From assembly GCA_947571135.1 (NCBI GenBank), contig CANOWY010000004.1, positions 19,474 through 83,473 of the forward strand: a DNA stretch of 64,000 nt. The letters run 5' to 3'. Made by a program: the position numbers and the translations under genes. Numbering within the stretch: position 1 is the first letter of the stretch; each line of letters begins with the position of its first letter. Below, in pieces: positions 11,967 to 23,306 of the stretch. Under the pieces are notes generated by a model that saw nothing but the letters and a program-made list of their open reading frames with translations, made no database searches and was not told the DNA's origin. The stretch is from an uncultured Mycoplasmatota bacterium. GTDB taxonomy: Bacteria; Bacillota_I; Bacilli_A; RF39; UBA660.

Positions 11967-13304
11967 ATGAATACAGTTGGTTATTTATTAAGTTTACAAA
12001 CGAAAAACACCTTTTATGTAAACGATCTAAGTGATTTAGAGACACTTTTAGATGGATTTGATTATCTAGAAACTTCTGTTATTGAACGCGAATTTACGAA
12101 TAAACTAGGATTTACAAAGGAACAATTTCTTGCACAATTAAATGTAGATTTAAAAAGTGTTTCAGAAAATGAAATGATAAAACTCGCCGATATTATAGAA
12201 AATATAAACCCTACAAGAAATAATAAATTAGTAGATTGTATCAGAAAGGCAATTTATTATTATGGTGTTCGTAATCCTGAATTTGAAGTACAAAAATATT
12301 TTAGTTCTTTTGCTTTAGGAGCAATAGGGGAAATGAAAAAAGATTTACATTCAGAAGTAGTTATATCATTTGAAAAAGACTGTGATGACAAATATACTTT
12401 GGCAGAAATATATGAAGAATACACAGAACCAAAAGACTCGCATTATCTTCGTATCTTTCAAAAAAATTTTAAAAAACAGAAAGAAAATGGAATATTTGAA
12501 ATACTTAGAACCCTGTATCATGAAGAGTTTCATATGTTAGTAGATGAAATGCAAATAAATCCTGCTTGTTTTAAATTAGACATATTGGATTATCAAAGAT
12601 TAGAAACCTTTCGTACAATTACTTTAGATAAAAATTTTGACAAACAAAATTATGTATATTTTCATGAAGAAGCAGAAGCAGAGATTTTTGGCACACAAAG
12701 GGCAATCACAAAAATAAAAGAATTAAATCCAAATTTTTCTTTTTCAAAAATTCAAAGTCTAAAGGATTCTTCCCTTTTATGGGCTACGGAAAGCCAATTT
12801 GAGAATACTTTTAAGACAAGTTTTTTTAAAAGAGTTGAACAAAAAAAGTTTATAGAAGCCGAACTTGCTACTTTGCTTCCTATGAATCCCGAACAAATTT
12901 ATGGAATATTGTCAAAAGTATATGATGAAACAGGCCATAGGAAAACATTTAAAACTCTAGTATCTGATTTTCAAAAAGTTCAAGTGGAACATTCTGAAAT
13001 GCAGAGGGAAGAAATTGAAAATTTTTATACTACAATTTTATATGAAGCCTATTTAAATTGTGAGAAAGAAGAAAAAGAGGAATTAAGAGGAGAAGATTTG
13101 CTTCCTTATGTCGTATATTGTTTGCAAGGTAAAATGAAGCAAATAGAAAAAGAAATAGAAAATTTAAAAGCAAAAAGAGTAGTGAGTGTAGTAGGAACTT
13201 TAAAAAGAAAATATAAAAAGCATTTTTTATTAAAGGAGTTAAAAGAGTTAAAAAACGAATTAGAGGTACTAAATAAGGAGGAATCCATTGCCTATGGATT
13301 ATGA
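11967..13304 (+). CDS. Hypothetical protein with HExxH zincin-like motif
   Basis: LYHEEFHML and a downstream EEAEAE third-ligand-like segment. Confidence 0.6.
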   Translation: MNTVGYLLSLQTKNTFYVNDLSDLETLLDGFDYLETSVIEREFTNKLGFTKEQFLAQLNVDLKSVSENEMIKLADIIENINPTRNNKLVDCIRKAIYYYGVRNPEFEVQKYFSSFALGAIGEMKKDLHSEVVISFEKDCDDKYTLAEIYEEYTEPKDSHYLRIFQKNFKKQKENGIFEILRTLYHEEFHMLVDEMQINPACFKLDILDYQRLETFRTITLDKNFDKQNYVYFHEEAEAEIFGTQRAITKIKELNPNFSFSKIQSLKDSSLLWATESQFENTFKTSFFKRVEQKKFIEAELATLLPMNPEQIYGILSKVYDETGHRKTFKTLVSDFQKVQVEHSEMQREEIENFYTTILYEAYLNCEKEEKEELRGEDLLPYVVYCLQGKMKQIEKEIENLKAKRVVSVVGTLKRKYKKHFLLKELKELKNELEVLNKEESIAYGL

Positions 13305-13473
13305 TTTGTTAAAAAAACAATATAGTGTAATAAAAGAGCCGATGACAAAAAAGAAAAAAAAACTTCTTTTTCAAATTGTACTAAATAAAGAAGAAATTAC
13401 ACAAGAGGAAGTATGCCTTTATGGTGAAATATTAGAAGAAAAAGAGGAAAAAAAGAAAGACTCAAAGAATTAA
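13288..13473 (+). CDS. Small hypothetical protein
   Basis: AAGGAGG RBS upstream; 61 aa. Confidence 0.4.
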   Translation: MPMDYDLLKKQYSVIKEPMTKKKKKLLFQIVLNKEEITQEEVCLYGEILEEKEEKKKDSKN

Positions 13474-13797
13474 ATTTAATGTATCTCCAATACGAAAAGA
13501 AAGACTTGTGTTTTTAGGTAATTCCAAAACACTTGTTTTTTTTATGTCATGATTTATTTTAATAATTTTATTTTTAAAAACATTTCGTTCCAAAAAAATA
13601 ATTTCATTTTTCTCATTTAAGCCAATTACATCAATTTCTTCTTTCATAAAAAAGGTATGAATAGAATTGCATTTAGGAAACAAAATACCATAATGGATAT
13701 TTGTTTTTCCCATAAACCCCATAAGCCGATCAGAAAAACTTTCTGCAACATAGATATCTAAAAAAGTATCATTCATTTTTAATTTCAAAAATATCAC
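13462..13797 (-). CDS. DUF192 family protein
   Basis: AESF..RLMGFM, CNSIHTFFM, VLELP. Confidence 0.85.
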   Translation of the reverse strand: MIFLKLKMNDTFLDIYVAESFSDRLMGFMGKTNIHYGILFPKCNSIHTFFMKEEIDVIGLNEKNEIIFLERNVFKNKIIKINHDIKKTSVLELPKNTSLSFRIGDTLNLIL

Positions 13798-13891
13798 CTA
13801 CTATAATCATATCATATTCATGTAAAGAAAATATCTAAAAAGATAGTATTCTTTAAAGTATCGTTTTATAATAAAGAATAAGAGGTAAGAT

Positions 13892-14824
13892 ATGAAAAGA
13901 AAAAAAAGATTAAAAAAATCAGTGAGTATTTTAGTAGTTTTAATAATGATAGTGGTAGGAATAAGTATTATTTATCCCAAAATAAATAACAAACAAGGAA
14001 ATAAAGAACTCCCTATTATCCAATATCAAAAGGAAATCACAACTACCCTTGGAAAAGAAATAGACTTATTACAAGATGTGACAGCGACCAGTAATAAACA
14101 AGAAGCATTAACTGTTTCAGTGGAAGGAACTTACAATTTTCAAAAAGAAGGAGAATACCATTTGTTTTATGTAGCCAAAGATAAAGAAGGAAATGAAAAA
14201 AAGGAATCTTTTACGCTAAAAGTAGTAAAACAAGAAGCAAACGAACCAATCGATGAAAATCATTTTACAACTTCTAAAGGCTTTAAAGGAGAAATAAGAA
14301 ATGGTGCCACATATATAGAAGGAACATTAATTGTCAACAAAACCTATGCCCTTCCTTCAAGTTTTGGTAATGGTCTTACAGAAGAGACAAAAACTGCTTT
14401 TAATAAACTAAAAGCCGCGGCTTTATTAGATGGATTTGACATTTATATTTCCAGTGGTTTTCGTTCTTATGAGCGTCAAGTTACACTTTACAATAATTAC
14501 GTTAAAAGAGATGGTAAAGCGGCTGCTGATACCTATTCGGCAAGACCTGGGCACTCTGAACACCAATCAGGATTAACATTCGATGTAAACGAAATAAGCG
14601 ATAAATTTCATAATACACCAGAAGCCAAATGGTTAAGTGAAAATTGTTATAAATATGGGTTTATTTTAAGATTCCCAAATGGGAAAGAAAAAGAAACGGG
14701 TTATAAATACGAATCATGGCACTTCCGCTATGTAGGAGAAGAATTAGCGACTAAATTATACAACAATGGCGATTGGCTAACGCTAGAAGGTTATTTTGGA
14801 ATTACAAGCGAATATCAAGATTAG
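13892..14824 (+). CDS. M15B (VanY/LdcB-like) peptidoglycan carboxypeptidase with Ig-like domain
   Basis: N-terminal TM; SGFRSY..Q, SARPGHSEHQSGL..D, YESWHFRYVG. Confidence 0.9.
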   Translation: MKRKKRLKKSVSILVVLIMIVVGISIIYPKINNKQGNKELPIIQYQKEITTTLGKEIDLLQDVTATSNKQEALTVSVEGTYNFQKEGEYHLFYVAKDKEGNEKKESFTLKVVKQEANEPIDENHFTTSKGFKGEIRNGATYIEGTLIVNKTYALPSSFGNGLTEETKTAFNKLKAAALLDGFDIYISSGFRSYERQVTLYNNYVKRDGKAAADTYSARPGHSEHQSGLTFDVNEISDKFHNTPEAKWLSENCYKYGFILRFPNGKEKETGYKYESWHFRYVGEELATKLYNNGDWLTLEGYFGITSEYQD

Positions 14825-14944
14825 TTAAAGTGCAGTTTATGTTCTTATTATAAAACGAGACATAAAGAACCAAAAAGAGAAAAATTACAAAATCAATGCA
14901 ATACCAAAAGGGAACAAATAGCCCTTTTTCTTATGCGAAAAAAT

Positions 14945-14973
14945 TTGACTTTGCTATCTATTTAGTTTATATT
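14945..14973 (+). promoter_or_regulatory. SigmaA-type promoter of the tad operon
   Basis: TTGACT-N17-TATATT, immediately after a terminator-like hairpin (14906-14929). Confidence 0.5.
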
Positions 14974-14995
14974 TAATATGATAGTAGGTGGATGT

Positions 14996-15196
14996 ATGGT
15001 AAGAAATAAAAAAGGACAAGCCCTTGTAGAGTACGTTTTAATTGTGGCAATTATTAGTGTCATCACCATAGCAATTGTGAGTTATTTTGGAGGGTATTTA
15101 AAAGACTCTATTACAAAAACATCATGTTCATTAGTAGATCAAGAATATGTACCAGGAGAAAAACCAGGAGAAGCCACCTGTAAAGATAAAGAATAG
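14996..15196 (+). CDS. flp: Flp-type (type IVc) pilin
   Basis: KKG|QALVEY class III signal with E+5/Y+6 Flp motif. Confidence 0.85.
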   Translation: MVRNKKGQALVEYVLIVAIISVITIAIVSYFGGYLKDSITKTSCSLVDQEYVPGEKPGEATCKDKE

Positions 15197-15245
15197 ATTT
15201 GGTGTTCATACGTTCATTTTAATAAATCATGGAAGGGGTGATGAA

Positions 15246-15590
15246 ATGATACAAAAGAAAAATGGGCAAGCACTAGTAGAATTCGTAATTATACTCCCAA
15301 TCTTTATCTTTATGCTATTTGCTTGCATTGACTTTGGAAAAATCTTGTATACGCAAAATAATTTAGAAAGCAAAATGGACGATATTATTACCGTGTATGA
15401 AAAAGAAAAAAATGTAGAAAGTATGCAAGAAAAATTAGCAGGAGAAAAAATTGAATTAGAAAAAAAAGAGGAAGAAGAGTATCAAAACTTTATCATGACA
15501 AAAAAAATTGACATCATCACACCTGGTTTAAATCTGATTTTGGGAAGTCCTTATGAGGCCAAAGTAAAAAGAGTGATTTACAATGAATAA
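15246..15590 (+). CDS. tadE: TadE-like pseudopilin
   Basis: KNG|QALVEFVIILP..F...IDFG. Confidence 0.85.
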   Translation: MIQKKNGQALVEFVIILPIFIFMLFACIDFGKILYTQNNLESKMDDIITVYEKEKNVESMQEKLAGEKIELEKKEEEEYQNFIMTKKIDIITPGLNLILGSPYEAKVKRVIYNE

Positions 15591-15963
15591 CAAAGGCCAA
15601 ACATTAATTCTTTTCGTACTAATTGTACCTGTTCTTTTACTATTACTGGCTTTTGTAGTCGATACGGGACTTTTATTAAAAGAACGCACCAAAATAAACA
15701 GTATAACAAGGACAATCTTAAAAACCACTTTTGAGAACCGTTTTGATGAAAATTATAACGAAAAAGTAGTATCTTTATTTGAAAAAAATAATCTTCCCAC
15801 TAATAATATCATCATTACAAAAGAGGAAGATAAAGTCCTTATCGTAGTAGAATATGATAAAGAAAGCATATTTGGTAAAATTATTGGTATTCAATCCTAC
15901 AAAATAAAATCCGCTTTAAGTGGAATCTTAAAAGAAGGAATTTTACAAATCAAAAAAGAATAG
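15583..15963 (+). CDS. TadG-like pseudopilin
   Basis: NKG|QTLILFVLIVP...VVDTG. Confidence 0.7.
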   Translation: MNNKGQTLILFVLIVPVLLLLLAFVVDTGLLLKERTKINSITRTILKTTFENRFDENYNEKVVSLFEKNNLPTNNIIITKEEDKVLIVVEYDKESIFGKIIGIQSYKIKSALSGILKEGILQIKKE

Positions 15964-15972
15964 AGGGATAAT

Positions 15973-16764
15973 ATGTCTAGAACAAAAGGAAAATCAATCT
16001 GTATTTTTTCAAGCAAAGGGGGGGTTGGGAAAACCACAACAGCCATAAACCTAGCCGGAATCTTTGAACATTTAGAAAAAAAAGTATTACTTGTTGATTT
16101 GGATTTATCAAGCGGTGGAATTACGATGGGGTTAAACCGTCCTTTTGAGAAAACCATCTTTAATTTTGTTGATGATTATAACAACAATCGTTATAAAGAA
16201 TTTAAAAATTATATTACAAAATATGATGAATGTATTGATATCTTACCAAGTCCAAAAGATCCACGTCAAGCAAGCAAGATAGATTCAAAATACATAGACA
16301 TTTTGATTGACAAAGCCGAGTCAAACTATGATATTGTTTTAATCGATACCACGCATGTTTTAGATGAAATTAATATTGTAACGCTAGATAAAGTTGATGA
16401 AATTTTATTTGTTCTTTCAAACGATCCACTGGATTTGAAAAATATGAAGTCTTTAATTAGTATTTTTAAAGATTCCAATATCACCAATTATAAAATTTTA
16501 TTAAACAATAGTCGTGATCCATATAAAGATTATTTTTCGATATTCGATATTAAAAACATTATCAAAGCCAATATTGACTATACGCTAACCTCAAGTTTTT
16601 ATATTAAAAATATAGACAGTTATATTATGAATGGCGAAATTATTACACTGCAAGAAAAAATGCCCACAACATTCAATAAAGATTATGAAACTTTAATGCA
16701 TATTGCCTTAGATACAATGAAAACAGAAGAAAAAGAAAGTGGTGAAGGAATTGAGCAAAGTTAG
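15973..16764 (+). CDS. cpaE: CpaE/TadZ-like ParA/MinD ATPase
   Basis: SSKGGVGKTT deviant Walker A; VLLVDLD; directly upstream of tadA. Confidence 0.8.
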   Translation: MSRTKGKSICIFSSKGGVGKTTTAINLAGIFEHLEKKVLLVDLDLSSGGITMGLNRPFEKTIFNFVDDYNNNRYKEFKNYITKYDECIDILPSPKDPRQASKIDSKYIDILIDKAESNYDIVLIDTTHVLDEINIVTLDKVDEILFVLSNDPLDLKNMKSLISIFKDSNITNYKILLNNSRDPYKDYFSIFDIKNIIKANIDYTLTSSFYIKNIDSYIMNGEIITLQEKMPTTFNKDYETLMHIALDTMKTEEKESGEGIEQS

Positions 16765-18079
16765 CCTAATAGATGCTTTTAATATTGAAAGAAAAGCACC
16801 AAAAATTGCTTCTATATCAGACTACGAGATATTTCCAGATAAAAAACTATTGGATTCTCTTAGAACCACTATTGTAGAGCGATTAATTGATAAAGAAATA
16901 CCAGAAGACAAAGTATTAAACGAATTTATTAATGAAGAAGTGGAAACAGCAATTGAAGGATATGACTTAACTAATTTAGAAAGAAGTCATTTATTTAATT
17001 TAATTGATAATGAAATTAATGGTTATGGTCCTTTAACAGAGTTATTAGAAGATAAAAATATCACCGAAATTATGGTCAATAATCCAGACGAAATTTATAT
17101 AGAAATCGATGGACAACTTATTAAAGATGAAAGTGTTTCTTTTATTAATGATGAACACATTGTAAGAACCATAGAACGTTTAATAGAACCTCTTGGAAGA
17201 ACCATAGATGCTGCAAATCCTATGGTAGATTCAAGACTTCTAGATGGTTCACGTATTAATGCCGTTATTCCACCACTTTCAACGAAAGGGCCAGTTATTA
17301 CCATTCGTAAATTTAAAGAAACTATGACAGGGGTTGAAGATTTAATACGTATAGGCTCTCTTACTCCTTATATGGCGAGATTTTTAGAAGCCGCTGTTAA
17401 AGGAAAACTAAACATTATTGTCTGTGGAGGAACAGGGAGTGGGAAAACAACTCTTTTAAATATCTTAGGGAGATTTATTAGTTCCCAAGAAAGAATTATT
17501 ACGATAGAAGATGCTGCAGAACTGCATTTGCATCAGGAACATGTAATTTCTCTTGAAACTAGAGTTACCAATTATGATTCTGATAGTGAAGTAACTATTC
17601 GTGATTTAGTAAGAAATTCTCTTCGTATGCGACCTGATCGTATTATTGTAGGAGAAGTGCGTGGAAAAGAAGCATTCGATATGCTCCAAGCCATGAATAC
17701 AGGGCATGATGGATCGCTAACCACTCTTCATGCGAATGGTGCTAGTGATGCTTTAAATCGTTTAGAAACTATGGTGTTAATGAGTGGGTTAGATATTCCT
17801 ATAAAAGCCATACGTGAATATATTACCAGTGCTATTGATTTGGTTGTCAATATTGAAAGAATGAATGATGGAAAACGGAAAATTACCTCCATTTCTGAAA
17901 TAGATGGATTTGAAGAGGATCACATTAAACTAAAAGAAATATTTAAATTTAATCAAAAAGGTCTCACAGAAAATGGCGAAGTTGATGGAGAATTTATTCT
18001 ATATAAAACTACCCCAAAAGTATACAAAAAAATGGTTAGTCATGGAATTAACTCTATTGATGATATTTTTAAAAAATAA
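16739..18079 (+). CDS. cpaF: Tad pilus assembly ATPase CpaF/TadA
   Basis: [46 protein letters not shown]. Confidence 0.96.
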   Translation: MVKELSKVSLIDAFNIERKAPKIASISDYEIFPDKKLLDSLRTTIVERLIDKEIPEDKVLNEFINEEVETAIEGYDLTNLERSHLFNLIDNEINGYGPLTELLEDKNITEIMVNNPDEIYIEIDGQLIKDESVSFINDEHIVRTIERLIEPLGRTIDAANPMVDSRLLDGSRINAVIPPLSTKGPVITIRKFKETMTGVEDLIRIGSLTPYMARFLEAAVKGKLNIIVCGGTGSGKTTLLNILGRFISSQERIITIEDAAELHLHQEHVISLETRVTNYDSDSEVTIRDLVRNSLRMRPDRIIVGEVRGKEAFDMLQAMNTGHDGSLTTLHANGASDALNRLETMVLMSGLDIPIKAIREYITSAIDLVVNIERMNDGKRKITSISEIDGFEEDHIKLKEIFKFNQKGLTENGEVDGEFILYKTTPKVYKKMVSHGINSIDDIFKK

Positions 18080-18100
18080 AAAAGAAGGAGAGCGTACGTT

Positions 18101-19102
18101 ATGCTAGATTTATCTTTATATACAATATTTATTATTGGTCTTTTTATAATTGGCATTGCTATCTTACTATTTGTAGTAGCAAATGAGTACCAAAGTATAA
18201 GACTTGCAAGACGTTTTGACGCCTTTAGTATGAGATCGTATAATGAACATGAAATCTCTTTTTTTGATAAGTTCATTTTGAAACTAAATCATTTCATCAA
18301 AAAAATAACGAACGTTTTAAAAAAATCTCATGTTCTCAGTGACTATGCGAAGCATTATGAAAAATATATTGCATATAAAGACACTAAAGAAAGCATGGAT
18401 TATATAAGTCTTAAGTTTATAATCGGTTTCTTTTTTATAACATTAAACATCTTAGTAGTAGCCTTTGGAATTCAAAATATAAATCCTATTTCTTTCTTAC
18501 TTACATTTCTAATTGGCTTTTTCTTTATTGATATTTTACTTATTATTGAATTTAAAAAAAAGAAAAAAGAAATAGAAGAAGACTTATTAAAAGCCATTAT
18601 TATTATGAACAACAGTTTTAAATCCGGTAAAAACATTATGCAAGCCATAAGTACTGTCAAAAATGAACTAGAGGGTCCTATTGCAGACGAATTTAAAAAA
18701 ATATATATGGATATAACCTATGGGTTAAGCCTAGAAGTGGTTTTTAATAGGTTTTATGAGAGAGTAAAACTAGAAGATGCAAAATACATTGCGGCTTCCT
18801 TAACATTACTCAATAAAACTGGTGGAAACATAGTTCATGTATTTGCTACCATTGAAAAATCTTTCTTTAATAAAAAGAAAATGTATGACGAACTAAATAG
18901 TCTGACTGCTTCTAGCATTTTTGTTTTTCGTATTTTAGTCTCTTTGCCACCAGTGTTTACTTTGATTATTTTCCTCCTAAATCCAACTTATTTTCACCCA
19001 TTATTCCAAAGTCCAATTGGTATTGTATTGTTAGTTTTAATATTACTATTGTATAGTTTGTATATTGTAGTGATTAAAAAAGTATTGGAGGTGAAGATGT
19101 AA
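18101..19102 (+). CDS. tadB: TadB-like T2SSF membrane platform protein
   Basis: T2SSF domain (KSG.., TGGN); multiple TM segments. Confidence 0.85.
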   Translation: MLDLSLYTIFIIGLFIIGIAILLFVVANEYQSIRLARRFDAFSMRSYNEHEISFFDKFILKLNHFIKKITNVLKKSHVLSDYAKHYEKYIAYKDTKESMDYISLKFIIGFFFITLNILVVAFGIQNINPISFLLTFLIGFFFIDILLIIEFKKKKKEIEEDLLKAIIIMNNSFKSGKNIMQAISTVKNELEGPIADEFKKIYMDITYGLSLEVVFNRFYERVKLEDAKYIAASLTLLNKTGGNIVHVFATIEKSFFNKKKMYDELNSLTASSIFVFRILVSLPPVFTLIIFLLNPTYFHPLFQSPIGIVLLVLILLLYSLYIVVIKKVLEVKM

Positions 19103-19806
19103 TGCAAAAAGACAGACATTTTGCATATAAATTGTATCCTGAAAAAACAATTAAACGAATCGATTCAAAAGTAAAATTAGTAGGAGTAGAAGAAGAAATG
19201 GATGCTTTTACTTTCCTAAATGTACGTTTTGGAACGTCAATTCTCTTATTTTTACTGATCTTATTTCTTTTTGATTATGGATATATTTTAGCGCCAATAA
19301 GCACCATTTTCTTTTACTATGGAAGTGAAAAATTTGCTTTAGATTTAAAAATTAAAAAGCGTGCCAAAAAATTAGAAGATGAGGCAATATTCTTTTTTGA
19401 AATCTTATGTTTAACATTAGAATCTAATAAACATTTAAAAGGCTCTCTTGAACTAACCTCTCAAAATATTGAGGGAGAATTATCAAACGAATTTAAAAAA
19501 ACATTATCTTATTTAAAATTAGGAAAAAGTTTTACAGAAAGTTTAATCATGATGAAAGAAAGAATTCCTAGTGACTCCATTAACAATATGCTGTTAAATT
19601 TAACGGAATCAAGTGTTTTTGGAAACAACATTACAGAAACATTAAATAACCAACTCGATTATTTGCGTGAAAAAAAATTATTAGGGATTAAAGCCGAAAT
19701 CAATAAATTGCCAACAAAAATAAGTGTTCTATCTGTTTTATTCTTTATTCCTATTATGTTGCTTATTATTTTATCTCCAGTTTTATTAGATTTCTTAATG
19801 GGATAG
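19102..19806 (+). CDS. tadC: TadC-like T2SSF membrane platform protein
   Basis: T2SSF domain; KLPTKIS..SVLFFIP C-terminus. Confidence 0.85.
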   Translation: MQKDRHFAYKLYPEKTIKRIDSKVKLVGVEEEMDAFTFLNVRFGTSILLFLLILFLFDYGYILAPISTIFFYYGSEKFALDLKIKKRAKKLEDEAIFFFEILCLTLESNKHLKGSLELTSQNIEGELSNEFKKTLSYLKLGKSFTESLIMMKERIPSDSINNMLLNLTESSVFGNNITETLNNQLDYLREKKLLGIKAEINKLPTKISVLSVLFFIPIMLLIILSPVLLDFLMG

Positions 19807-19873
19807 CACCAAGTGGTGTTTTTTTCTTGCGAAAATTCCTCTTTGCTTTTATAATAAAAAACAGGGTGGCGTT

Positions 19874-21586
19874 ATGGAACTTAATAGTAAACAAAAGAAA
19901 TTAAAAAGCCTTTATGATTATATAGAAATTAGTGATGAAGAATTTTTAGAAATTTATAATAAAGCAAAAGAAGAAAAAGATGCTGCACTTGCTGTTCATA
20001 TAGAAATGATGGAATATGTTAAAAATCAAATGAATTTGGATGTCATTTTAAGATATCTAGAAAAATTAAATATAGATTTAAGAAAAACAAGTAGTAGTAT
20101 TGCAAAAAGTGTAAGTCCTCTTTTTTCATTATTAGAAACGATTGGCTATGAATTTACAGAATTTGAAATAGAAACACTACTAGAAAATAAAGTATTTAAA
20201 ACTTTATTTGAAAAACATTGTGAGAATTTAAAAGAACCAAAAGAAAGAGATTTTTCTTCTCTTCATAAAGAAAATGATTGTTTTAAAGTTTTATGCGATG
20301 CCTTTCTTACTAAAGACTTTAATATCAACGAGGTAGAAGAAGTAGACGAAGAAGAATTTGATAAAATTTTAGAAGAATATGAAAGTGATGTAAAGACAGA
20401 GGATCCTGTAAAGATGTATTTAAAAGAAATCGGAAGAATTCCTCTATTATCTCATAAAGAAGAAATTGAACTAGGAAAAAGAATAGAAGCAGGTGACGAA
20501 GAGGCTAAAAAAAGGCTAGAGGAAGCCAATTTACGTTTAGTAGTCAGTATAGCAAAGCGTTATATAGGACGAGGTCTTTTATTTTTAGATTTAATTCAAG
20601 AAGGAAATTTAGGATTAATAAAAGCCACAGAAAAATTTGATTATAAAAAAGGATTTAAATTTTCAACTTATGCAACTTATTGGATTCGCCAAGCCATCAC
20701 TCGTGCTATTGCGGATAAAGGACGAGATATAAGAATACCTGTTCATATGATAGAAAGAATTAATAAAATGCTTCAAATAGAAAGAAACTTAGTGGAGAAA
20801 TTAGGATACGAACCAAGTCCAAAAGAATTAGCGATGGAAATGAACGTGAGCGAAGATGAAATTGCAAAAATGAAAAAATATGCCCAAAATCCAGTTTCAC
20901 TGGAAACGCCAATTGGAGAAGAAGACTCCTATTTAGGAGATCTTATCCCTGATGAATCCTTTATGACGCCAGAAGAAAATGCTATAATAGAAGCACTAAA
21001 AAACGATACTAAGTCTTTATTAGAAGGTTTGGAGGAAAGACAGCAAAGAGTCTTAAGACTACGTTTTGGATTAGATGATGGTAGAACAAGAACTTTAGAA
21101 GAAGTCGGAAAAGAATTTCATGTGACACGTGAGCGAATTCGTCAGATAGAAGCCAAGGCACTGACAATATTAAGAAATCCTAGTCGTAGAAAAAAAGTAG
21201 ATGAGTATATAGACACCGATAATTATCATGAAAGAAGAAAATCGAACTTAAAAGCCGATGAAGGAATCAAAAGTATGAGAACACCAGTGGAAGCAGAAAA
21301 CTGGAAGGTTAAAGTGAGTTTGGAAAAAACAGAATCTACTGCAAAACCAGTAGTTAAGGTAAAAAGACAAATTGCTAAAGGAAGCGTTATTCCTTCCCTA
21401 ATTCAAAAAAATCCCAAACCAAAATTAATGAATGCAGATTCAAATTTAAACTCTATGGAAAATAATAAAACTAAAATAGAAACAACTTTAGAATACAATC
21501 AAACTACAAATATTATGGAGATAGAAAGTTTTGATAAAAAACAAGTTGAAATCCATTATGGAATAAATCTGAAATTGAAAACATGA
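19874..21586 (+). CDS. Divergent SigA/RpoD-family sigma-70 factor with long N- and C-terminal extensions
   Basis: [68 protein letters not shown]; not preceded by dnaG. Confidence 0.9.
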   Translation: MELNSKQKKLKSLYDYIEISDEEFLEIYNKAKEEKDAALAVHIEMMEYVKNQMNLDVILRYLEKLNIDLRKTSSSIAKSVSPLFSLLETIGYEFTEFEIETLLENKVFKTLFEKHCENLKEPKERDFSSLHKENDCFKVLCDAFLTKDFNINEVEEVDEEEFDKILEEYESDVKTEDPVKMYLKEIGRIPLLSHKEEIELGKRIEAGDEEAKKRLEEANLRLVVSIAKRYIGRGLLFLDLIQEGNLGLIKATEKFDYKKGFKFSTYATYWIRQAITRAIADKGRDIRIPVHMIERINKMLQIERNLVEKLGYEPSPKELAMEMNVSEDEIAKMKKYAQNPVSLETPIGEEDSYLGDLIPDESFMTPEENAIIEALKNDTKSLLEGLEERQQRVLRLRFGLDDGRTRTLEEVGKEFHVTRERIRQIEAKALTILRNPSRRKKVDEYIDTDNYHERRKSNLKADEGIKSMRTPVEAENWKVKVSLEKTESTAKPVVKVKRQIAKGSVIPSLIQKNPKPKLMNADSNLNSMENNKTKIETTLEYNQTTNIMEIESFDKKQVEIHYGINLKLKT

Positions 21587-21726
21587 TTGAAAAAGCATTT
21601 TTGGAATATGAGAATACGAGAAGTTTTGAAGAAGAATTGCTTTTACGTTTAAGAAAGTCTTAAAAATTTTAAGGCTTTTTGTTTGAACCTAGTACAAACG
21701 TATGCTACAATGGAGATGGTGATAGT

Positions 21727-22278
21727 ATGTTTAGTTTTATAAAAGGGTATGTTAGAGAAACTGAAAAAAATTATATAACGCTTGAAAATAATGGGATAGG
21801 ATACCAAATATTTGTTGCTAATCCTTTTAGTTTTCCGATGGATGAAGAAAAAAAAGTATTTATCTATACTTATATTAAAGAAGATGAGTTTTCTTTGTAT
21901 GGTTTTAATACATTAGAAGAAAAAGAATTATTTTTAAGGCTTATTAGTGTCAAAGGAGTAGGGCCAAAACTTGCTCTTCCTATGTTTGCTTTAGGAAGTG
22001 TTTCTGGGATTATCGACGCTATTGATCGTGAGAATATCCTTTACTTAACAAAATTCCCAAAAGTAGGAGAAAAAGTAGCACGTCAAATAATTTTAGATTT
22101 AAAAGGAAAACTGACAGGTAGAACAGAAGTTTCTACTAGTGGCCTAGAGGAAGTAGTAGAGGCCTTAGAAAGTTTAGGATATAAAAATAGTGATATTAAA
22201 AAAGTTTTACCAAAAGTAGATCCTTCTTTAAAAATAGAAGAACAAGTCAAAGAAGCGTTAAAATTATTATTAAAATAG
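21727..22278 (+). CDS. ruvA: Holliday junction branch migration protein RuvA
   Basis: LYGF, LISVKGVGPK.A HhH, ALESLGY. Confidence 0.96.
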   Translation: MFSFIKGYVRETEKNYITLENNGIGYQIFVANPFSFPMDEEKKVFIYTYIKEDEFSLYGFNTLEEKELFLRLISVKGVGPKLALPMFALGSVSGIIDAIDRENILYLTKFPKVGEKVARQIILDLKGKLTGRTEVSTSGLEEVVEALESLGYKNSDIKKVLPKVDPSLKIEEQVKEALKLLLK

Positions 22279-22290
22279 AAAGGATACTAT

Positions 22291-23295
22291 ATGGAAGATA
22301 GAATTATAGATGCAGAAGAAAAAATAGAAGATGTCTTTGAGAAAAATATTCGTCCTCAAAGTTTAGATGAATACGTAGGACAAAGTGAAATAAAAGAAAA
22401 TTTAAGAGTATTTATTAAAGCAGCATTAATGCGAGAAGAGCCATTAGATCATGTATTACTTTATGGTCCACCAGGCTTAGGAAAAACAACTATGGCTCAT
22501 ATCATTGCAAACGAACTTGGTAGTAATATTAAAACGGCAAGTGGTCCATCAATCGAAAAAACAGGAGATTTGGCCGCTATACTTTCAACATTAGAGCCAG
22601 GAGATGTTTTATTTATTGATGAAATTCATCGTATGCCAAAATTTATTGAAGAAGTTCTATATCCTGCGATGGAGGATTTTGAAATCGATTTAGTAATTGG
22701 AGAGACAGGAAAATCAAGGAATATAAAAATTGATTTGCCCCCCTTTACACTAGTAGGAGCAACTACCCGTGCAGGAGACATTTCTTCCCCCTTACGAGAT
22801 CGCTTCGGAATTATATCAAAACTGGAATATTACCAAAAAGAAGAACTAGAAAGTATTATCAAAAGAACCAGTCGTGTGTTAGATATGCCAATAGAAGATG
22901 AGGCGGCAGGAGAATTAAGTGGTAGATGTAGAAAGACTCCTCGTATTGCCAATCGTTTATTTAAAAGAGTCCGTGATTTTGCTTTAGTAGAAGGGGATGA
23001 AGCCATCACAAAAGAAATGACGATTAAATCGTTAGAACGTTTAAAAGTTGATGAATATGGCCTAGACGCTATTGATATCGAATATTTAGAAAGTTTAATT
23101 ACAAAATTTAATGGAGGTCCTGTTGGAGTAGAGACTATTGCAACCTCAATCGGAGAAGAAACATCTACTATTGAAGATGTAGTAGAGCCCTTTCTTTTAC
23201 AGGAAGGTTTCATAAAAAGAACTCAACGTGGTCGTGTAGCAACAGAAAAAGCATATGACCATTTAAGAATTGCACATAATGAATCAATGTTTTAA
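22291..23295 (+). CDS. ruvB: Holliday junction helicase RuvB
   Basis: [30 protein letters not shown]. Confidence 0.98.
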   Translation: MEDRIIDAEEKIEDVFEKNIRPQSLDEYVGQSEIKENLRVFIKAALMREEPLDHVLLYGPPGLGKTTMAHIIANELGSNIKTASGPSIEKTGDLAAILSTLEPGDVLFIDEIHRMPKFIEEVLYPAMEDFEIDLVIGETGKSRNIKIDLPPFTLVGATTRAGDISSPLRDRFGIISKLEYYQKEELESIIKRTSRVLDMPIEDEAAGELSGRCRKTPRIANRLFKRVRDFALVEGDEAITKEMTIKSLERLKVDEYGLDAIDIEYLESLITKFNGGPVGVETIATSIGEETSTIEDVVEPFLLQEGFIKRTQRGRVATEKAYDHLRIAHNESMF

Positions 23296-23306
23296 GGAGG
23301 TTTAAG

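Noticed and set aside
13892-14824. vanY as part of a glycopeptide-resistance cluster
   Set aside because: No vanHAX or vanRS nearby; M15B carboxypeptidases are common housekeeping enzymes, and the VanZ-domain gene is 15 kb away in a separate element
14825-14940. c-di-GMP riboswitch upstream of the pilus operon
   Set aside because: No GEMM-type motifs recognised; only a terminator-like hairpin
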